From: Candidatus Nitrosomirales archaeon
Lineage (GTDB): Archaea > Thermoproteota > Nitrososphaeria > Nitrososphaerales > UBA213
Direction of reading: 5' to 3'
Assembly (NCBI GenBank): GCA_049199595.1
Contig: JBMCYV010000005.1
Span: 995 to 64,994, forward strand
Length of the DNA stretch: 64,000 bases
Positions 63,742 to 64,000 of the stretch are shown here, piece after piece. Positions within the stretch are counted from its first letter, which is position 1. Each line of letters begins with the position of its first letter. Under the pieces are notes generated by a model. The model worked only from the letters and a program-made list of their open reading frames with translations, had not been told where the DNA came from and ran no database searches. The translations under genes and the position numbers were made by a program.

Positions 63742-64000
63742 TTATTGCTGGGGTGCTTCTACTTCTAACTTCTTAGGTTCAGATTTGGTCAGCAACTTCG
63801 TCTTTCTTACAGCTATATGTCTTACACCTATAATCTTCTTGGTCTGGCTGTGCAGATCCGCATTGAACTTTGGTCCAACTACTCCTTGCACAAACTGATC
63901 GAGTGTTAGTTTAGATATCTCGTTTGTAAGAACTTCTGTTATTATTCTCCTTATCATCTGTTTCTTGGAAGTATTAACTCTACGTTGTGTGAATGCTATC
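63742..64000 (-). CDS. 30S ribosomal protein eS1 (S3Ae), C-terminal part; the gene continues beyond the right edge
   Basis: The frame is open upstream of the listed Met through to position 64000 (..IAFTQRRVNTSKKQMIRRIITEVL..). KLTLDQFVQGVVGPK...TKKIIGVRHIAVRKTKLL matches the S3Ae C-terminal pattern. Confidence 0.65.
   Translation of the reverse strand, partial: IAFTQRRVNTSKKQMIRRIITEVLTNEISKLTLDQFVQGVVGPKFNADLHSQTKKIIGVRHIAVRKTKLLTKSEPKKLEVEAPQQ

Noticed and set aside
1-64000. Scan for CRISPR arrays, transposases, integrases and reverse transcriptases.
   Set aside because: No regularly spaced direct repeats and no such protein motifs were seen by eye on either strand.

Overview
This window is an archaeal chromosomal segment, densely packed with mostly housekeeping genes. 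It is best explained as an ammonia-oxidising thaumarchaeon (Nitrososphaeria). That assignment is inference from gene content and organisation only, not from any search.

Supporting content:
- A Rieske/cytochrome b pair sits at the left edge.
- An 11-gene NADH:quinone oxidoreductase operon runs in the order nuoA-B-C-D-H-I-J-K-M-L-N and has no nuoEFG.
- The window also holds TBP, ABCE1, ATP-dependent DNA ligase, archaeal signal peptidase, Pop5, uS13/uS4 and a partial eS1.
- Other supporting genes are a split transketolase, an archaeal-type CobT, an F420-type LLM oxidoreductase, geranylgeranyl reductase and GGPP synthase.
- There is a CADD/PqqC-like oxygenase, a stand-alone 5S rRNA and a PEFG-CTERM-like sorting tail.

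RNA genes found by hand:
- tRNA-Arg(TCT).
- tRNA-Glu(TTC), which carries two insertions at non-canonical positions.
- tRNA(CAT), with a 13-nt canonical intron.
- 5S rRNA.
- A well-formed C/D box sRNA candidate at 24771-24843.
- A roughly 105-nt nested-stem RNA candidate at 55746-55850.

Other observations worth a second look:
- A ~100-nt intergenic element is present twice in inverted orientation (about 6488-6585 and 62222-62325).
- Five perfect 15-bp tandem repeats lie inside nuoC.
- A frameshifted ASCH-domain gene lies at 53059-53440.
- Two fusions or gene pairs stand out: an HD+GNAT fusion protein and an overlapping ChlI-like AAA+/VWA pair.
- A wHTH/KaiC-like pair is inserted in the pentose-phosphate cluster.
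- An accessory-looking stretch (about 49.9-56.4 kb) holds small membrane, secreted and Cys-rich ORFs.

I found no CRISPR array, integrase or transposase. No single element can be called a new system from sequence alone, and all functional calls rest on motif recognition by eye.
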